The notes below the pieces were generated by a model. The model worked only from the letters and a program-made list of their open reading frames with translations, searched no databases and was not told the origin of the DNA. Positions 17,588 through 28,255 of a stretch of DNA of 64,000 bases are shown here, piece after piece. Source of the DNA: a virus (Duplodnaviria; Heunggongvirae; Uroviricota; Caudoviricetes); IMG/VR virus record IMGVR_UViG_3300031867_000014, positions 1-64,000 of that record; one strand, 5' to 3'. Within the stretch, counting starts at the first letter, position 1. Every line of letters starts with the position of its first letter. The translations under genes were made by a program, and so were the position numbers.

Positions 17588-18860
17588 ATTTTTTGATACC
17601 AGTGCTTTATTATCTGGATATAAACTTGACATCGAAGATTGGAATTTTATTAGTAACATTGTATTTGAAGAATTAGAACATATAAAGACATCATAGAACA
17701 AAGATGAAGCAATTAAATATAAAGCACGCTCCCTTGTGCGCTATTTAATGAAACATCGAGAACTATGGACATATAGTTGTGATGCTACACCAAAGCAGAT
17801 TGAAAAACTCCTTTCACGAAGCTCATATTTAGCAGACAACAATGATGGTAAATTAATTTGTGAAGCACGGTTATTGGCGCAATATTACCACTGTGATTCT
17901 GGTTTACCAGAAGATAAAAATCGCGAGCCAATTTTATATTTTATAACATCTGATGCATCTCAATATTTGCTCGCTACTTCATATCCAGAATTACATGCAA
18001 TGTATTATCAAGAGACGGCTCATAAAGAAGAACTCTGGACTGGGTACAAGGACGTCTACTTTGATGATGATATAGAAATGGCTTAGATTTATGAGCACCC
18101 TGAAGAGAATACAATGAAACTTGCTACTAATGAGTATGCAAAAGTATTCTATATGGGAGAACTTGCTGATCTAGTAAAATGGAATGGTGAAACACTCGAA
18201 GCCATTAAATATAAAGATTAGAATAGTGATTATTTCGGCAAGATTCAACCGCGCAATACTGAATAGAAATTATTCTTTGACTTATTACAGAATCGTGATA
18301 TTGAAATTAAATTAGTAAGAGGACAATACGGTTCGGGTAAAACTTTTTTGGCATTGGTACATGCTTTGAATTATATCAAGTGGCATAAATTTGACAAAAT
18401 CGTATATGTGAGAAATAATGTAGAAGTCGCTGGATCTCAAAGATTAGGCGCACTTCCAGGTGAGCAAGAGGATAAGTTAATGCCTTATATGATGCCGATG
18501 GCCGATATCTTGGGCGATGAAGAGGCTTTACGGCAAGAGTTAGAAATGGGTACTATTGAACCTGTGCATTTAGGTTTTATACGTGGGCGTAGCTTCAAAA
18601 ACTCTATTGTGTTTGTAGATGAAGCCGAGAATCTCACAACAGACAATATCAAGTTAATAGTGGGTCGTATAGGTGAGGGAAGTGAGCTCTGGGTACTTGG
18701 AGATGAATCCCAAACTGACTCTGATGTTTTCCGGAAAAATAGCGGCATAGCTTCACTTGTAAATAGCTTGAAAGGGAATCCGCACTTTGGTACGGTGGAA
18801 CTTCAGAAATCAGAAAGAAGTGCTATTGCTCAACTTGCCGCAGAGATCAGGGGTGCATAA
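17559..18860 (+). CDS. phoH: PhoH2-like protein (N-terminal PIN domain plus PhoH P-loop ATPase); 4 in-frame TAG codons (17694, 18084, 18219, 18264)
   Basis: TTG 17559 (RBS AAGGAAGA, 9 nt) runs in frame through ORF 17736..18086 and into ORF 18348..18860. PIN 'IKFFDTSALL' is followed by PhoH 'GQYGSGKTF...VFVDEAENLT...LGDESQTD'. The ORF caller split it into pieces. Confidence 0.7.
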
Positions 18861-18880
18861 AGCACCCCTTTTCTTTTGCT
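18847..18880 (+). terminator. intrinsic terminator
   Basis: ggggtgc-ataa-agcacccc followed by a T-run. Confidence 0.65.
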
Positions 18881-18896
18881 CTTGTTAGCTGTAGAG

Positions 18897-18925
18897 TTGA
18901 AAAAATAAAAAATATATGGTATAAT
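18897..18925 (+). promoter_or_regulatory. early promoter (TTGAAA, 17 nt, TGgTATAAT)
   Basis: Family member. Confidence 0.7.
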
Positions 18926-18954
18926 ATATGTAGAAATGAAGAAAGGATGAAAAT

Positions 18955-20883
18955 ATGGCAGTTACAGTCGATTATGGTGTAAAAGATATAAAAACGCTCG
19001 GCAGTATGGAAGCCATACGCACCCGTCCCGGCATGTACATCGGTTCAGTCGGCCCCGAAGGAGTATGGCAAATTGCTTTGGAAATTATTTCTAATGCAGT
19101 TGACGAATACTTGATCGGTGCGTGCGATGAAATTCATGTATTTGTTGAAGGCCCCCGAGTTATCATTTCAGATAATGGGCGCGGAGTTCCTTTCGGCAAG
19201 AATGAAGATGGCGAAGAAACTCTTGTAAATGTATATACAAAATTGCATACAGGTGCTAAATTTGATAGCAATGGAAATACTGGATATAATACGTCTGGTG
19301 GTATGAATGGTGTTGGTGCAAAAGCAACTAACGCTCTTTCCAGTGCATTTACAGTAGAGAGTAGACGCGACGGTAAACGAGCATATGCAATGTTTTCTCG
19401 TGGGGAATTAGGTAAGTATGAGGAAACAGCCTGGCCCGAAAAGAATATTGTTCCATACTGGCCTGATCGAGGAACGATTGTGCAATTTATCCCTGATCCA
19501 GAAATTTTTAAAGAAGGTATTGAATTAAATCACGATCAACTTCGTAAACAACTACAAGAACTTGCATATTTGTCTCCTGGATTAAAGTTTGTTCTTACCA
19601 TTGATGGCAAGAAAGAGGAAATTGCCAGTAAAAATGGACTTTTAGATTATCTGGAAGACCTTACCTCGGGCAAAGAGAAATTGACTACACCATTTTATGC
19701 AGAAAGTAGTGAAAATCGTATCGGTGTACGGGTAGCTCTACAATATACTAATCAATATACTGATACATATAAGATTTTTACAAATAGTATTCCGAATACC
19801 GCGGGAACTCATTTAACAGGATTTAGAACTGCATTAACGCAGGCGATGAATATTTATGCGAGAAATAAAAAACTTCTCAAGGAAAAAGATGATAATTTAA
19901 CCGGAGAAGATCTAAAGGAGGGGCTGACTCTTGTCCTTAGTCTCACGATGCCCGATCCGGTCTTCAGTGGCCAGACAAAAGGCACGCTTACTTCGGCAGA
20001 AGGCCGGACAGTGGTTCAACGCCTCTGTTCAAAGAGTCTTGCAGATTGGCTGGAAACACATGAGCGAGACGCAAAAGCAATCATTAATAAAGCTATACTC
20101 GCCAGAACTGCACGCGACAAAGCAAGGAAAGCAAAAGAAGCGGTTAGGGGAACAGCAGCTAGTAAGGCAGCCCGTATTACCTTACCAGGCAAACTCGCGG
20201 ACTGTTCAAGCAAAACCCGGAGTGAGTGCGAGGTATTTATCGTCGAGGGAGATTCGGCGGCTGGTAGCGCAAAAGAAGCTCGTAATCGAGACACGCAAGC
20301 CATCCTTCCTATCCGTGGTAAAATCCTTAATGTTCTCAAAGCGGATCTTGCGAAAGCAATGTCCAACGAAGAAATCAAAAGTATGATCGTTGGATTTGGT
20401 TTACAAGTCCAAAATAATAAGATTGTTTTAGATGAAAGTAAATTGCGTTATGGTAAAATAATTATCATGGCTGATGCTGACGTTGATGGTGATCATATCC
20501 GCTGTTTGTTCCTTACTTTCATTTGGAAATTCTGTCCAGAATTGATAGAGAAGGGATATATTTATGCGGCTGTGCCTCCTTTGTATCGAATTATTAAGGG
20601 TAAAACCTCATTCTACATTAAAGATGATGCTGCCCTTGCCGATTATAGGGCTAAAAACCCAGGGTTATCTTATGAACTTCGGCGCTTTAAAGGTCTGGGC
20701 GAACAATCAGTTGACGAACTTTCTGAGTCTACAATGGCGCCCGGTACGAGAACTCTTAAGCAGATCACAATGACTGATGCAATCGCTGCAAGTAATGTAT
20801 TTAACAGCTTAATGGGTGAAAGTGCTACATTAAGAAAGAAATTTATAGAGGAGAATGCTTTCCGTGCCAAAGTTGACGTGTAA
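18955..20883 (+). CDS. type IIA topoisomerase subunit B (GyrB/ParE-like ATPase plus TOPRIM 'EGDSAAGSAK')
   Basis: GHKL and TOPRIM motifs; 642 aa. Confidence 0.85.
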   Translation: MAVTVDYGVKDIKTLGSMEAIRTRPGMYIGSVGPEGVWQIALEIISNAVDEYLIGACDEIHVFVEGPRVIISDNGRGVPFGKNEDGEETLVNVYTKLHTGAKFDSNGNTGYNTSGGMNGVGAKATNALSSAFTVESRRDGKRAYAMFSRGELGKYEETAWPEKNIVPYWPDRGTIVQFIPDPEIFKEGIELNHDQLRKQLQELAYLSPGLKFVLTIDGKKEEIASKNGLLDYLEDLTSGKEKLTTPFYAESSENRIGVRVALQYTNQYTDTYKIFTNSIPNTAGTHLTGFRTALTQAMNIYARNKKLLKEKDDNLTGEDLKEGLTLVLSLTMPDPVFSGQTKGTLTSAEGRTVVQRLCSKSLADWLETHERDAKAIINKAILARTARDKARKAKEAVRGTAASKAARITLPGKLADCSSKTRSECEVFIVEGDSAAGSAKEARNRDTQAILPIRGKILNVLKADLAKAMSNEEIKSMIVGFGLQVQNNKIVLDESKLRYGKIIIMADADVDGDHIRCLFLTFIWKFCPELIEKGYIYAAVPPLYRIIKGKTSFYIKDDAALADYRAKNPGLSYELRRFKGLGEQSVDELSESTMAPGTRTLKQITMTDAIAASNVFNSLMGESATLRKKFIEENAFRAKVDV

Positions 20884-21478
20884 AAAGATATGGGGCCATT
20901 TGCGGACAGTGCAAACTCACCGCAAATGGGTGCGCCGGTTTTGCCGTTGGGCTGGCATACCTTGGCGCGGGTTGGTTCATGATTTAAGTAAATATAGTCC
21001 AAAAGAATTTTGGGAGTCAGCTCGATATTGGAGCGGAACACGTTCTCCTATTGAAGCTGCAAAAGAAGATAAGGGCGTATCATATGCCTGGATGCATCAC
21101 AAAGGACGCAATAGCCATCACTATGAATATTGGATGGACAATTTTGATAAGGGTGGCGTCGCCCGTATGATGCCTGAAAAAGACTTTACTGAAATGATAT
21201 GTGATATGCTCGGTGCCAGTATGGCTTATTGTGGTAATAAGGATCATTGTATGTTCCAACGTTGCCGTGAATACTGGGATGCGCATCGTAAGCGTGGCTG
21301 CGCTATGCATAAAATGAATCAAATCATGTGTGATATTATTTTTTCAGATTTGGCACACGCTGAACATCCAGAATTGCATAATTGCTTAACTACCCCCACT
21401 CCTAAAGAAATGCTTAAATCAAAATATATTCAACATGTATGGAAGGCGAATAGTAGTAATGCTGGAAATTTATACTGA
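20855..21478 (+). CDS. HD-domain-like metal-dependent phosphohydrolase (putative)
   Basis: 'LVHDLSKY...HHKGRNSHH' segment; start codon uncertain. Confidence 0.45.
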   Translation: MLSVPKLTCKKIWGHLRTVQTHRKWVRRFCRWAGIPWRGLVHDLSKYSPKEFWESARYWSGTRSPIEAAKEDKGVSYAWMHHKGRNSHHYEYWMDNFDKGGVARMMPEKDFTEMICDMLGASMAYCGNKDHCMFQRCREYWDAHRKRGCAMHKMNQIMCDIIFSDLAHAEHPELHNCLTTPTPKEMLKSKYIQHVWKANSSNAGNLY

Positions 21479-22043
21479 TGGTTCCTCAACAAAAACTCGT
21501 TCTGGCTGGGGTTTTGTGGTTGTGGGCGATAATAAACAATTATATACTGCCGCCGGCGAAGAGCGTGGAGCCACTAATCAGCGTATGGAATTACGAGCAG
21601 CTCTTGAAGCCTTAAAATGGTGGGAAAAAGGCCCACCTGCGGCATATCCTGATGTAGATCCTGAAGTTACCATTTATAGTGATAGTGCATATTTTTGCAA
21701 TTGTTATTTTGATAAATGGTGGATTAATTGGGAAAATAATGGATGGGTCAATAGTAAGAAAGAACCTGTTGCTAATCAAGATCTTTGGAAAGAATTAGTG
21801 ATTTATTTTAAAAATCCATATGTTCATATTGCTAAAGTAAAAGGACATAGTGGGCATACATATAATGAATTGGCTGATAAATTAGCCACAGGAGTTAAAC
21901 TTAGAGATGAACAATTGACAATTAATGAAAAAGATGATAAAATAAATATAGAGTTGAGTGAGATTCTCTTAGATTATTCAATGCGTAAGTATCCAGTAGA
22001 TGAAACGATCAAGAGAATTAGAAAGGTGTGTAATTGTGAGTAA
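21459..22043 (+). CDS. ribonuclease H (RNase HI-like)
   Basis: 'LEIYTDGSS...GWG' N-terminal and 'GHSGHTYNELADKLA' C-terminal RNase H motifs. Confidence 0.75.
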   Translation: MLEIYTDGSSTKTRSGWGFVVVGDNKQLYTAAGEERGATNQRMELRAALEALKWWEKGPPAAYPDVDPEVTIYSDSAYFCNCYFDKWWINWENNGWVNSKKEPVANQDLWKELVIYFKNPYVHIAKVKGHSGHTYNELADKLATGVKLRDEQLTINEKDDKINIELSEILLDYSMRKYPVDETIKRIRKVCNCE

Positions 22044-24417
22044 TATTGTTCAAGCCCCTATTGTAGAAGAAGTCGAACAGTCATTCTTAGATTATTCACT
22101 TTCTGTTATTACTGATCGAGCCATTCCTGCAGTTGAGGACGGTTTGAAACCAGTTATGCGTCGTATTTTGTGGTGTATGGCGGAAAGTGGATACAAAAGT
22201 GATAAACAATATGTGAAATGCGCTAGACCTGTTGGTGATACAATGGGTAAATATCATCCGCATGGAGATAGTTCAATATATGGCGCATTAGTCGGAGCAA
22301 GTCAGCCCTGGAATATGCGGTATCCTTTAATTGATTTCCATGGGAATAATGGTAGCCGTGATGGTGATCCACCTGCGGCAATGCGTTATACAGAGTGTCG
22401 TTTAAGTAAGATTAGTGAAGCGACATTAACAGGTATTAAAAAGGATACCGTAGATTGGATCCCTAATTTTGATGAAACCACTGAAGAACCAGTTTATCTG
22501 CCTGGTATATTTCCAAACTTAATGTGTAATGGGACAACTGGTATTGCAGTTGCAATGGCTTGTTCATTTGCTCCACATAATCTTGGTGAAGTTATGGATG
22601 GTGCTATCGCATATCTTGATGGTACAGCAAAAACTTCAGTTGATTTATTGAATTATATCAAAGGACCCGACTTTCCAACGGGTGGTATAATCATTAATGA
22701 AAAAGAATTTAGAGCCGCATATACAAGTGGTAAAGGTCGGGTCAGATTACGCGCCGAGTATGTGGTTGAAAAAAATAAAAACGGTACTGAAACACTTGTC
22801 TTTACTTCAATCCCGTATAAGATTTCTAAAGAAACACTTATGTCAGATGTGGATGCCTTATGTGAAGAAGGTAAACTTACTGGCATTACTGAAATACGGG
22901 ATGAAAGTAATAAGCTGGGAGTACGATTGGTACTTGTTCTACAGAAGGGAACTAATGCTGATGTTGTTGCATCCCGACTGTTTGAGTTAACTGATTTAGA
23001 AACAACTTTTAGTATCAACCAAGTGGCTCTGGTAGATAAAACACCAAAACAATTAACTTTGGTTGATATGATAAAATATTATATAGATCATCAAAAAGAT
23101 GTGTATCGTCGTAAAAATGAATATGAAAAAGCTCAATTAGATAAACGTATTCATATTCTTGAAGGATTATGCCGAGCACTTGAAGATATTGATAATGTCA
23201 TCAAAACAATCAAGAGCTCTAAGGATAAATCCGCGGCACGTGATGCATTAGTAAGTCAGTATAAATTTACAGTAGCACAGGCTGATGCAATTTTAGGAAT
23301 GACGTTAAGCCGTTTGGCAAATATGGAAAAAATTGCAATTCAGAATGAAAAAACTGAAAAAGAAGCTGAACGGGCAATTATTCTGGCGCGTCTTAATGAT
23401 GAAACAATTTTTAATCGAGATTTAAAAACTGAATTAACTACATTTAAGAACGCTTTTAATGATACTCGTCGAACTCAAATCACCAATATTGAGATCACAA
23501 AAGAAGAAAAAGAAATTTCTCAGATTATCCCCGAGGATGTTGTGGTGATTGTAACGGATGCAGGAAATGCAAAACGAGTACCAATAAAGAATTTTAAGAG
23601 TCAGAAACGAAATGGTAAAGGCATTAAAACACAAGATGATATTACCATGGCCACCATTAATACCAATACGGTGGAAGTAATCTTGGTCTTTACAAATACA
23701 GGTAGAGTATATCGTCTTGGAGTAGATCAGATTCCAGAAGGTACACAAGCTACAAGAGGAACCGCAATTAGTACAATGGTTGATATGGTGCCTGGTGAAA
23801 AAGTTGTAGCAATTACTTCAATGAGCCGAACTGAAAAAGATAAATATGTATGGTTTGCAACTCGTAACGGTATTATTAAAAAAACCAATATAAGTGAATA
23901 CGAAGGTGCAAAACGTAAAGCAGGAGTGCAGGCTCTTGGATTGCGCGAAGGGGATAGCTTAGTAAGCGTTTGGATTAAAGAAAATACAGACATTCTTCTC
24001 TTAACTGCGAAAGGTATGGGCATTAAATTTGATGGATCAACTATTGGCGCGACTGGAAGATCTGCTGTCGGGGTCCAAGGGATTAAACTTAACACTGAAG
24101 ATTACGTCGCAGCGGCTTGCGGAGTTACCGACGGGCAAGTATTCATTGGATATAGTGATGGATCGGGTAAACGTCTTGACGTATCAGAATTTACTCGACA
24201 GGGACGAGGTGGAAAAGGTCTTAAAGTGGTATCACAAAGTCCAGCCGTGGCTATCTTGGGACAACTCAGTGACTCTGAAATGATTTTTGTAAGTGGTGAA
24301 AAAAGTTCTATATGCGTCAAAATTGGCGATATAACCATGGGTAGTAGAACTAGTAGTCCGATTAAGATAATTAAAGATACAAGAATTGTATCCGCAGCGA
24401 GGGTTTCAAATGAGTAA
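22036..24417 (+). CDS. type IIA topoisomerase subunit A (GyrA/ParC-like)
   Basis: 'DGLKPVMRRILW' and an active-site Tyr region; start GTG 22036; C-terminal beta-pinwheel repeats. Confidence 0.85.
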   Translation: MSNIVQAPIVEEVEQSFLDYSLSVITDRAIPAVEDGLKPVMRRILWCMAESGYKSDKQYVKCARPVGDTMGKYHPHGDSSIYGALVGASQPWNMRYPLIDFHGNNGSRDGDPPAAMRYTECRLSKISEATLTGIKKDTVDWIPNFDETTEEPVYLPGIFPNLMCNGTTGIAVAMACSFAPHNLGEVMDGAIAYLDGTAKTSVDLLNYIKGPDFPTGGIIINEKEFRAAYTSGKGRVRLRAEYVVEKNKNGTETLVFTSIPYKISKETLMSDVDALCEEGKLTGITEIRDESNKLGVRLVLVLQKGTNADVVASRLFELTDLETTFSINQVALVDKTPKQLTLVDMIKYYIDHQKDVYRRKNEYEKAQLDKRIHILEGLCRALEDIDNVIKTIKSSKDKSAARDALVSQYKFTVAQADAILGMTLSRLANMEKIAIQNEKTEKEAERAIILARLNDETIFNRDLKTELTTFKNAFNDTRRTQITNIEITKEEKEISQIIPEDVVVIVTDAGNAKRVPIKNFKSQKRNGKGIKTQDDITMATINTNTVEVILVFTNTGRVYRLGVDQIPEGTQATRGTAISTMVDMVPGEKVVAITSMSRTEKDKYVWFATRNGIIKKTNISEYEGAKRKAGVQALGLREGDSLVSVWIKENTDILLLTAKGMGIKFDGSTIGATGRSAVGVQGIKLNTEDYVAAACGVTDGQVFIGYSDGSGKRLDVSEFTRQGRGGKGLKVVSQSPAVAILGQLSDSEMIFVSGEKSSICVKIGDITMGSRTSSPIKIIKDTRIVSAARVSNE

Positions 24418-25441
24418 TGTGTTATGTATTGAACCTATGAAAATCAATAAAATTCCCGAGGGTAAAGAGGATCTCTTTCCCTCTATTTGTGCATCTGGTC
24501 AATATTTCGCGCAATTAAAAAAGGATGGTTACTGGTATCAATATGAGCGACAAGAAAATGAATGTTATCTTTGGAGTAGAACAACTTCTAAAGTAACTGG
24601 CACTCTTGCCGAAAAAGGTGCTAATGTACCACATATTATGGAAGCATTAGCGCCATTACCTGCGGGCACAGTAATAATCGGTGAGATTTATTATCCCGGA
24701 AAACGCAGTAAGGATGTTACTCCAATTATGGGGTCTTTGCCTGATAAAGCCATAGAACGTCAAAATGGAGAGTATGGTAAACTTCATTATTATATTCATG
24801 ATATTATTTATTATCGTGGTACAAATTTAATGAATTATGGCGCATGGATTCGTTATAAAATTTTAGAGCAAGTTTGGAATCAATTTCATTTATCAAATTG
24901 CCCTTATTTAGAACTTGCAGCAATAGTCGAAGATGATATTCAAGAAGCTGTAGCTGCAGCACTACAAGCCGGAGAAGAAGGTATGGTTCTTAAGAAGAAA
25001 ACTGCTCCATACACGCCAGGCAAACGACCAGTTTGGGATACAATTAAAATCAAGAAAACTGATACTTGTGATGCAATTATTCTTGCGGCCTGTGAGCCGA
25101 CTAAAGAATATACAGGTAAAGAATTAGATACATGGCCCTATTGGGAAGATGGCGTACCTGTAACTAAACCATATGCTCTTGGATGGAAAACTGCTATTGA
25201 AATTGGGGCCTATGATGGTGATAAAATTATTTCAATAGGTACAGTATCGTCTGGCTTAACAGATGAAATGCGCGAAGGACTTGCAAAACATCCTGAAGAG
25301 TATATCGGAAAAGTATGTGAACTTGCTGGCATGGAAAAAGATCATGCCGCACATACTTTACGACACTTTCATTTTAAGGGGCTTAGACCCGATAAAGATC
25401 CACGAGATTGTATACTAAAGGAGATTTTTAATAATGAGTGA
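24410..25441 (+). CDS. ATP-dependent DNA ligase
   Basis: Motif I 'LKKDGYW' (KxDG); 344 aa. Confidence 0.8.
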   Translation: MSNVLCIEPMKINKIPEGKEDLFPSICASGQYFAQLKKDGYWYQYERQENECYLWSRTTSKVTGTLAEKGANVPHIMEALAPLPAGTVIIGEIYYPGKRSKDVTPIMGSLPDKAIERQNGEYGKLHYYIHDIIYYRGTNLMNYGAWIRYKILEQVWNQFHLSNCPYLELAAIVEDDIQEAVAAALQAGEEGMVLKKKTAPYTPGKRPVWDTIKIKKTDTCDAIILAACEPTKEYTGKELDTWPYWEDGVPVTKPYALGWKTAIEIGAYDGDKIISIGTVSSGLTDEMREGLAKHPEEYIGKVCELAGMEKDHAAHTLRHFHFKGLRPDKDPRDCILKEIFNNE

Positions 25442-25787
25442 GCATATTTTAGATCCTAAATCTTTCGCTTTTGATGCTGATGCAGAAGAATTTGCTTATC
25501 AAAAGTTAGAAGATTATGTTAATACCCATTTTGTTGCTGATGATAATAATGGTACTTTAACTATTCCAGCAGAATTTAAAGCATTAATTGAAGCTTATAA
25601 AAATACCACTACTGATATTACGACCGATTATGATTTTCTCCGTATTATTTTTAAAACCGCCGTGCGCATGGTTGATAAATATTATACTTTGCGTACTTGG
25701 GTAGAAAAACAGGTAAAGAATAATCCAGATCTTGCTGCATTATATGAGAAGTTCATTGATAGTCAAGAGTTTCGTGTAAATCATTAA
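25434..25787 (+). CDS. hypothetical protein
   Basis: 117 aa ORF, translationally coupled. Confidence 0.45.
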   Translation: MSEHILDPKSFAFDADAEEFAYQKLEDYVNTHFVADDNNGTLTIPAEFKALIEAYKNTTTDITTDYDFLRIIFKTAVRMVDKYYTLRTWVEKQVKNNPDLAALYEKFIDSQEFRVNH

Positions 25788-25792
25788 CTTAA

Positions 25793-25821
25793 TTGATTTT
25801 TCAAAAAATTTTTTATATAAT
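25793..25821 (+). promoter_or_regulatory. early promoter (TTGATT, 17 nt, TATAAT)
   Basis: Family member. Confidence 0.6.
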
Positions 25822-25854
25822 ATACTTGTAAGATAAAGAAAGGAAAATCTTACT

Positions 25855-26055
25855 GTGACGAAAAAACAGTTAAAGCAGCTTGCCAAGAAAATGGCTGAAT
25901 TGGAATATACCATCCAAACCAGTCAGGACAAGAATGCCATTGATCTCGCTAAAGATAAAATGATCAAGGCTCAGGAATCAGCTGATATGGAACTCGAGGA
26001 AATGGTACTGCTGGACGAGATGATTCAAAAATATTTATCAGAAAAAAATATTTGA
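25855..26055 (+). CDS. small coiled-coil protein
   Basis: GTG start downstream of RBS AAAGGAAA. Confidence 0.4.
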   Translation: MTKKQLKQLAKKMAELEYTIQTSQDKNAIDLAKDKMIKAQESADMELEEMVLLDEMIQKYLSEKNI

Positions 26056-26080
26056 ATTTCTCAAAAATTTATGGTATAAT
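26052..26080 (+). promoter_or_regulatory. early promoter (TTGAAT, 17 nt, TGgTATAAT)
   Basis: Family member. Confidence 0.65.
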
Positions 26081-26180
26081 ATCCGTAGATAATAACTGAT
26101 AGGCAAACCCTTCAGATTATTATATACAAAATACTATTAATATTGAAGAAGCTCTGTAAGAGCAAAAAGGAGAATGTATT

Positions 26181-26459
26181 ATGGCTGCTATGAAGGAAAA
26201 TACTAAAAAGGTTATTACTTATCTGCAGGGTCTGGCCCCAACTGACAACGTGACTGCCGCTGATGTGGCTGAAGCTCTCGGTCTTGAGAAGCGTAGTGTT
26301 GATGGTATCTTCACTAGTGCTATTCAGCGTAAGAGCTATGGCGTTCGTGAGGAAGCCGAAATTGAGTTGGCCGATGGTACCCATCAGAAGGTTAAGTTCC
26401 TCAAGCTCACCGATGCTGGCCGCGCTCTCGATGTGAATGCGGATCCTGACGCCGAGTAA
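26181..26459 (+). CDS. hypothetical small protein (GC-richer, probably acquired)
   Basis: RBS AAAGGAGAA; followed by a terminator. Confidence 0.5.
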   Translation: MAAMKENTKKVITYLQGLAPTDNVTAADVAEALGLEKRSVDGIFTSAIQRKSYGVREEAEIELADGTHQKVKFLKLTDAGRALDVNADPDAE

Positions 26460-26480
26460 TTTAGGAATAAGTATTTCACA

Positions 26481-26520
26481 GGGGATTTGACAGTCAGTTA
26501 AATCCCCTTTCTTTAACTTT
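26481..26520 (+). terminator. intrinsic terminator
   Basis: ggggattt-gacagtcagtt-aaatcccc followed by a T-run. Confidence 0.65.
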
Positions 26521-26532
26521 TGAGGTGGGACT

Positions 26533-27528
26533 ATGGATATAACGATCATAGGACTCGCAATTGCCGCACTCTGTTTTTTAGGAATCATTTTTCTGTCAGC
26601 GTACAATCTGCGAAAACTACGAAGTGAAGAAAATAGTCTCAAAAATCGCGTAAATTAGTTACGTGAAGAAGAAGCTGACCGCGAGAAAGATTTAGCTACC
26701 ATTAAAAATTTAGTTGCTGAAAATTTGCATAAGAATGAATTGGTAGAACAAGAGGTAGCAAATAACGAGCGTCGTAAGCAAGATTTAAATAATGATATTG
26801 CGGATCAAGTTGAAAATATTGAACGTTTGAAATCATCTTTTGAAACCACAAAAGAAGAATTTGAAAAGAAATATCTGGCTGACCGCAAGAATTGGTTAGA
26901 TGATCGACAAGCGGAATATTTACAAATGCAGACAGATTTTGTAGAACAATTCCGTGAAGATAATAAACGTAAATTAGCAGCAGCACAAGAACTTAATGAA
27001 ACATTAGAAGAATTACGTTCTGCTGTTGATTCTGCAACAGAAGTAGCCAAGCGTCATGCAGAAAAAGAAAATTTCATATCTTTCCACTCGTTACAACTTG
27101 CCGCAGGAGCAAAAGAAGATATTGCGAGAATCCATACAATTTTGCCAAGCGTATCCACAATATGCGCTGAAGCGATTGCAAAAGTTATATGGAAAGTTTA
27201 TTATGAAAAAGCCTACACAGACATGGTGGGACGTGTGTTGGGAACAAGATCTTATACAGGTATTTATCGAATTACTAACAGTGTAAACGATATGTGCTAT
27301 ATTGGACAAGCTGTTGATATTGCCGACCGTTGGCGTCAACATATTAAACGTGCTCTTGGAGCAGAGCCACGTACACAAAATAAACTTTATCCAGCTATGT
27401 ATGAACTTGGTCCTGAGAATTTTACTTTTGAAGTTATAGAGGAATGTTCAAGAGAAAAATTGAATGAACGTGAAGATTATTGGCAAGATTTCTATCATGC
27501 AAAAGAATATGGGTATAGTATAAAATGA
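26533..27528 (+). CDS. membrane-anchored coiled-coil protein with a C-terminal GIY-YIG nuclease domain; 1 in-frame TAG (26656)
   Basis: ATG 26533 (RBS GAGGTGGG) encodes a TM helix, reads through TAG into ORF 26725..27528, and ends in GIY-YIG 'GIYRITN...YIGQA...R...E'. Confidence 0.55.
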
Positions 27529-27538
27529 GGACAAATTT

Positions 27539-27835
27539 GTGGAAAACATTCGAGGGTATGAACCAGAAAAGTTTATGCAATTATTGCAAAAAATGCCCCA
27601 AGGAATATCTTTATCCAATATGCCCGGGACCGAAAAATGGGCCGACATTAAAGTGTTTGAAGGAGAACCTTATACACCGGATACGTATGTACCGGAGTTT
27701 CTTAGCGACTATTTGGTGGGCTTGGAGTACTTACGGCAAACCTTCAATAGGGATAAGAATATGGATGTCTATAACGCATTAATTAACGCCATGCCCGTTG
27801 GTCTATTTTTTGCTTTGTATGATGCAGCAAATTGA
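27539..27835 (+). CDS. hypothetical protein
   Basis: 98 aa ORF. Confidence 0.45.
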   Translation: MENIRGYEPEKFMQLLQKMPQGISLSNMPGTEKWADIKVFEGEPYTPDTYVPEFLSDYLVGLEYLRQTFNRDKNMDVYNALINAMPVGLFFALYDAAN

Positions 27836-27860
27836 CTTTTCTCAAAAATTTTGATATAAT
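27833..27860 (+). promoter_or_regulatory. early promoter (TTGACT, 16-17 nt, TGaTATAAT)
   Basis: Family member. Confidence 0.65.
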
Positions 27861-27892
27861 ATATATAGAAAATGAGGAAAGGATAAGTGCGC

Positions 27893-28255
27893 ATGACAAA
27901 ACAGCAAGAATTTTTGGAATTTTGGAATTATTTAACGCATGAAGTCGCTGGTGATGTTGAAGTGCCAGAAAATGTTCAGGCATATATCAATGCACTAAGT
28001 GATAATGGTGCAGTAGAAAAACCGGCATTTACTGAGAATGGTAGAAATATCCTCGCATATTTGCAGGGACAGCCAGCTCAGATGTATAAGGCAAGAGATA
28101 TTGCAGAAGGTATGGGAATTACATCTAAAGCAGTATCTGGAGCCATGAGAAAACTTGTTTCTGATGGTTATGTAGAAAAGGTTGGTAAAGACCCCGTAGT
28201 ATATACTATCACAGAAAAAGGTAAAAATGTAGAATTTGAAGGAGAAAATGAGTAA
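27893..28255 (+). CDS. winged-helix (MarR-like HTH) protein
   Basis: 'ARDIAEGMGITSKAVSGAMRKLVSDGYVEK' helix-turn-helix motif. Confidence 0.5.
   Translation: MTKQQEFLEFWNYLTHEVAGDVEVPENVQAYINALSDNGAVEKPAFTENGRNILAYLQGQPAQMYKARDIAEGMGITSKAVSGAMRKLVSDGYVEKVGKDPVVYTITEKGKNVEFEGENE

Noticed and set aside
18955-24417. Host-derived gyrB/gyrA, which would imply a prophage/host boundary
   Set aside because: Both are short phage-type topoisomerase II subunits, embedded between phage promoters and phage genes. There are no host housekeeping neighbours and no integrase or att sites.
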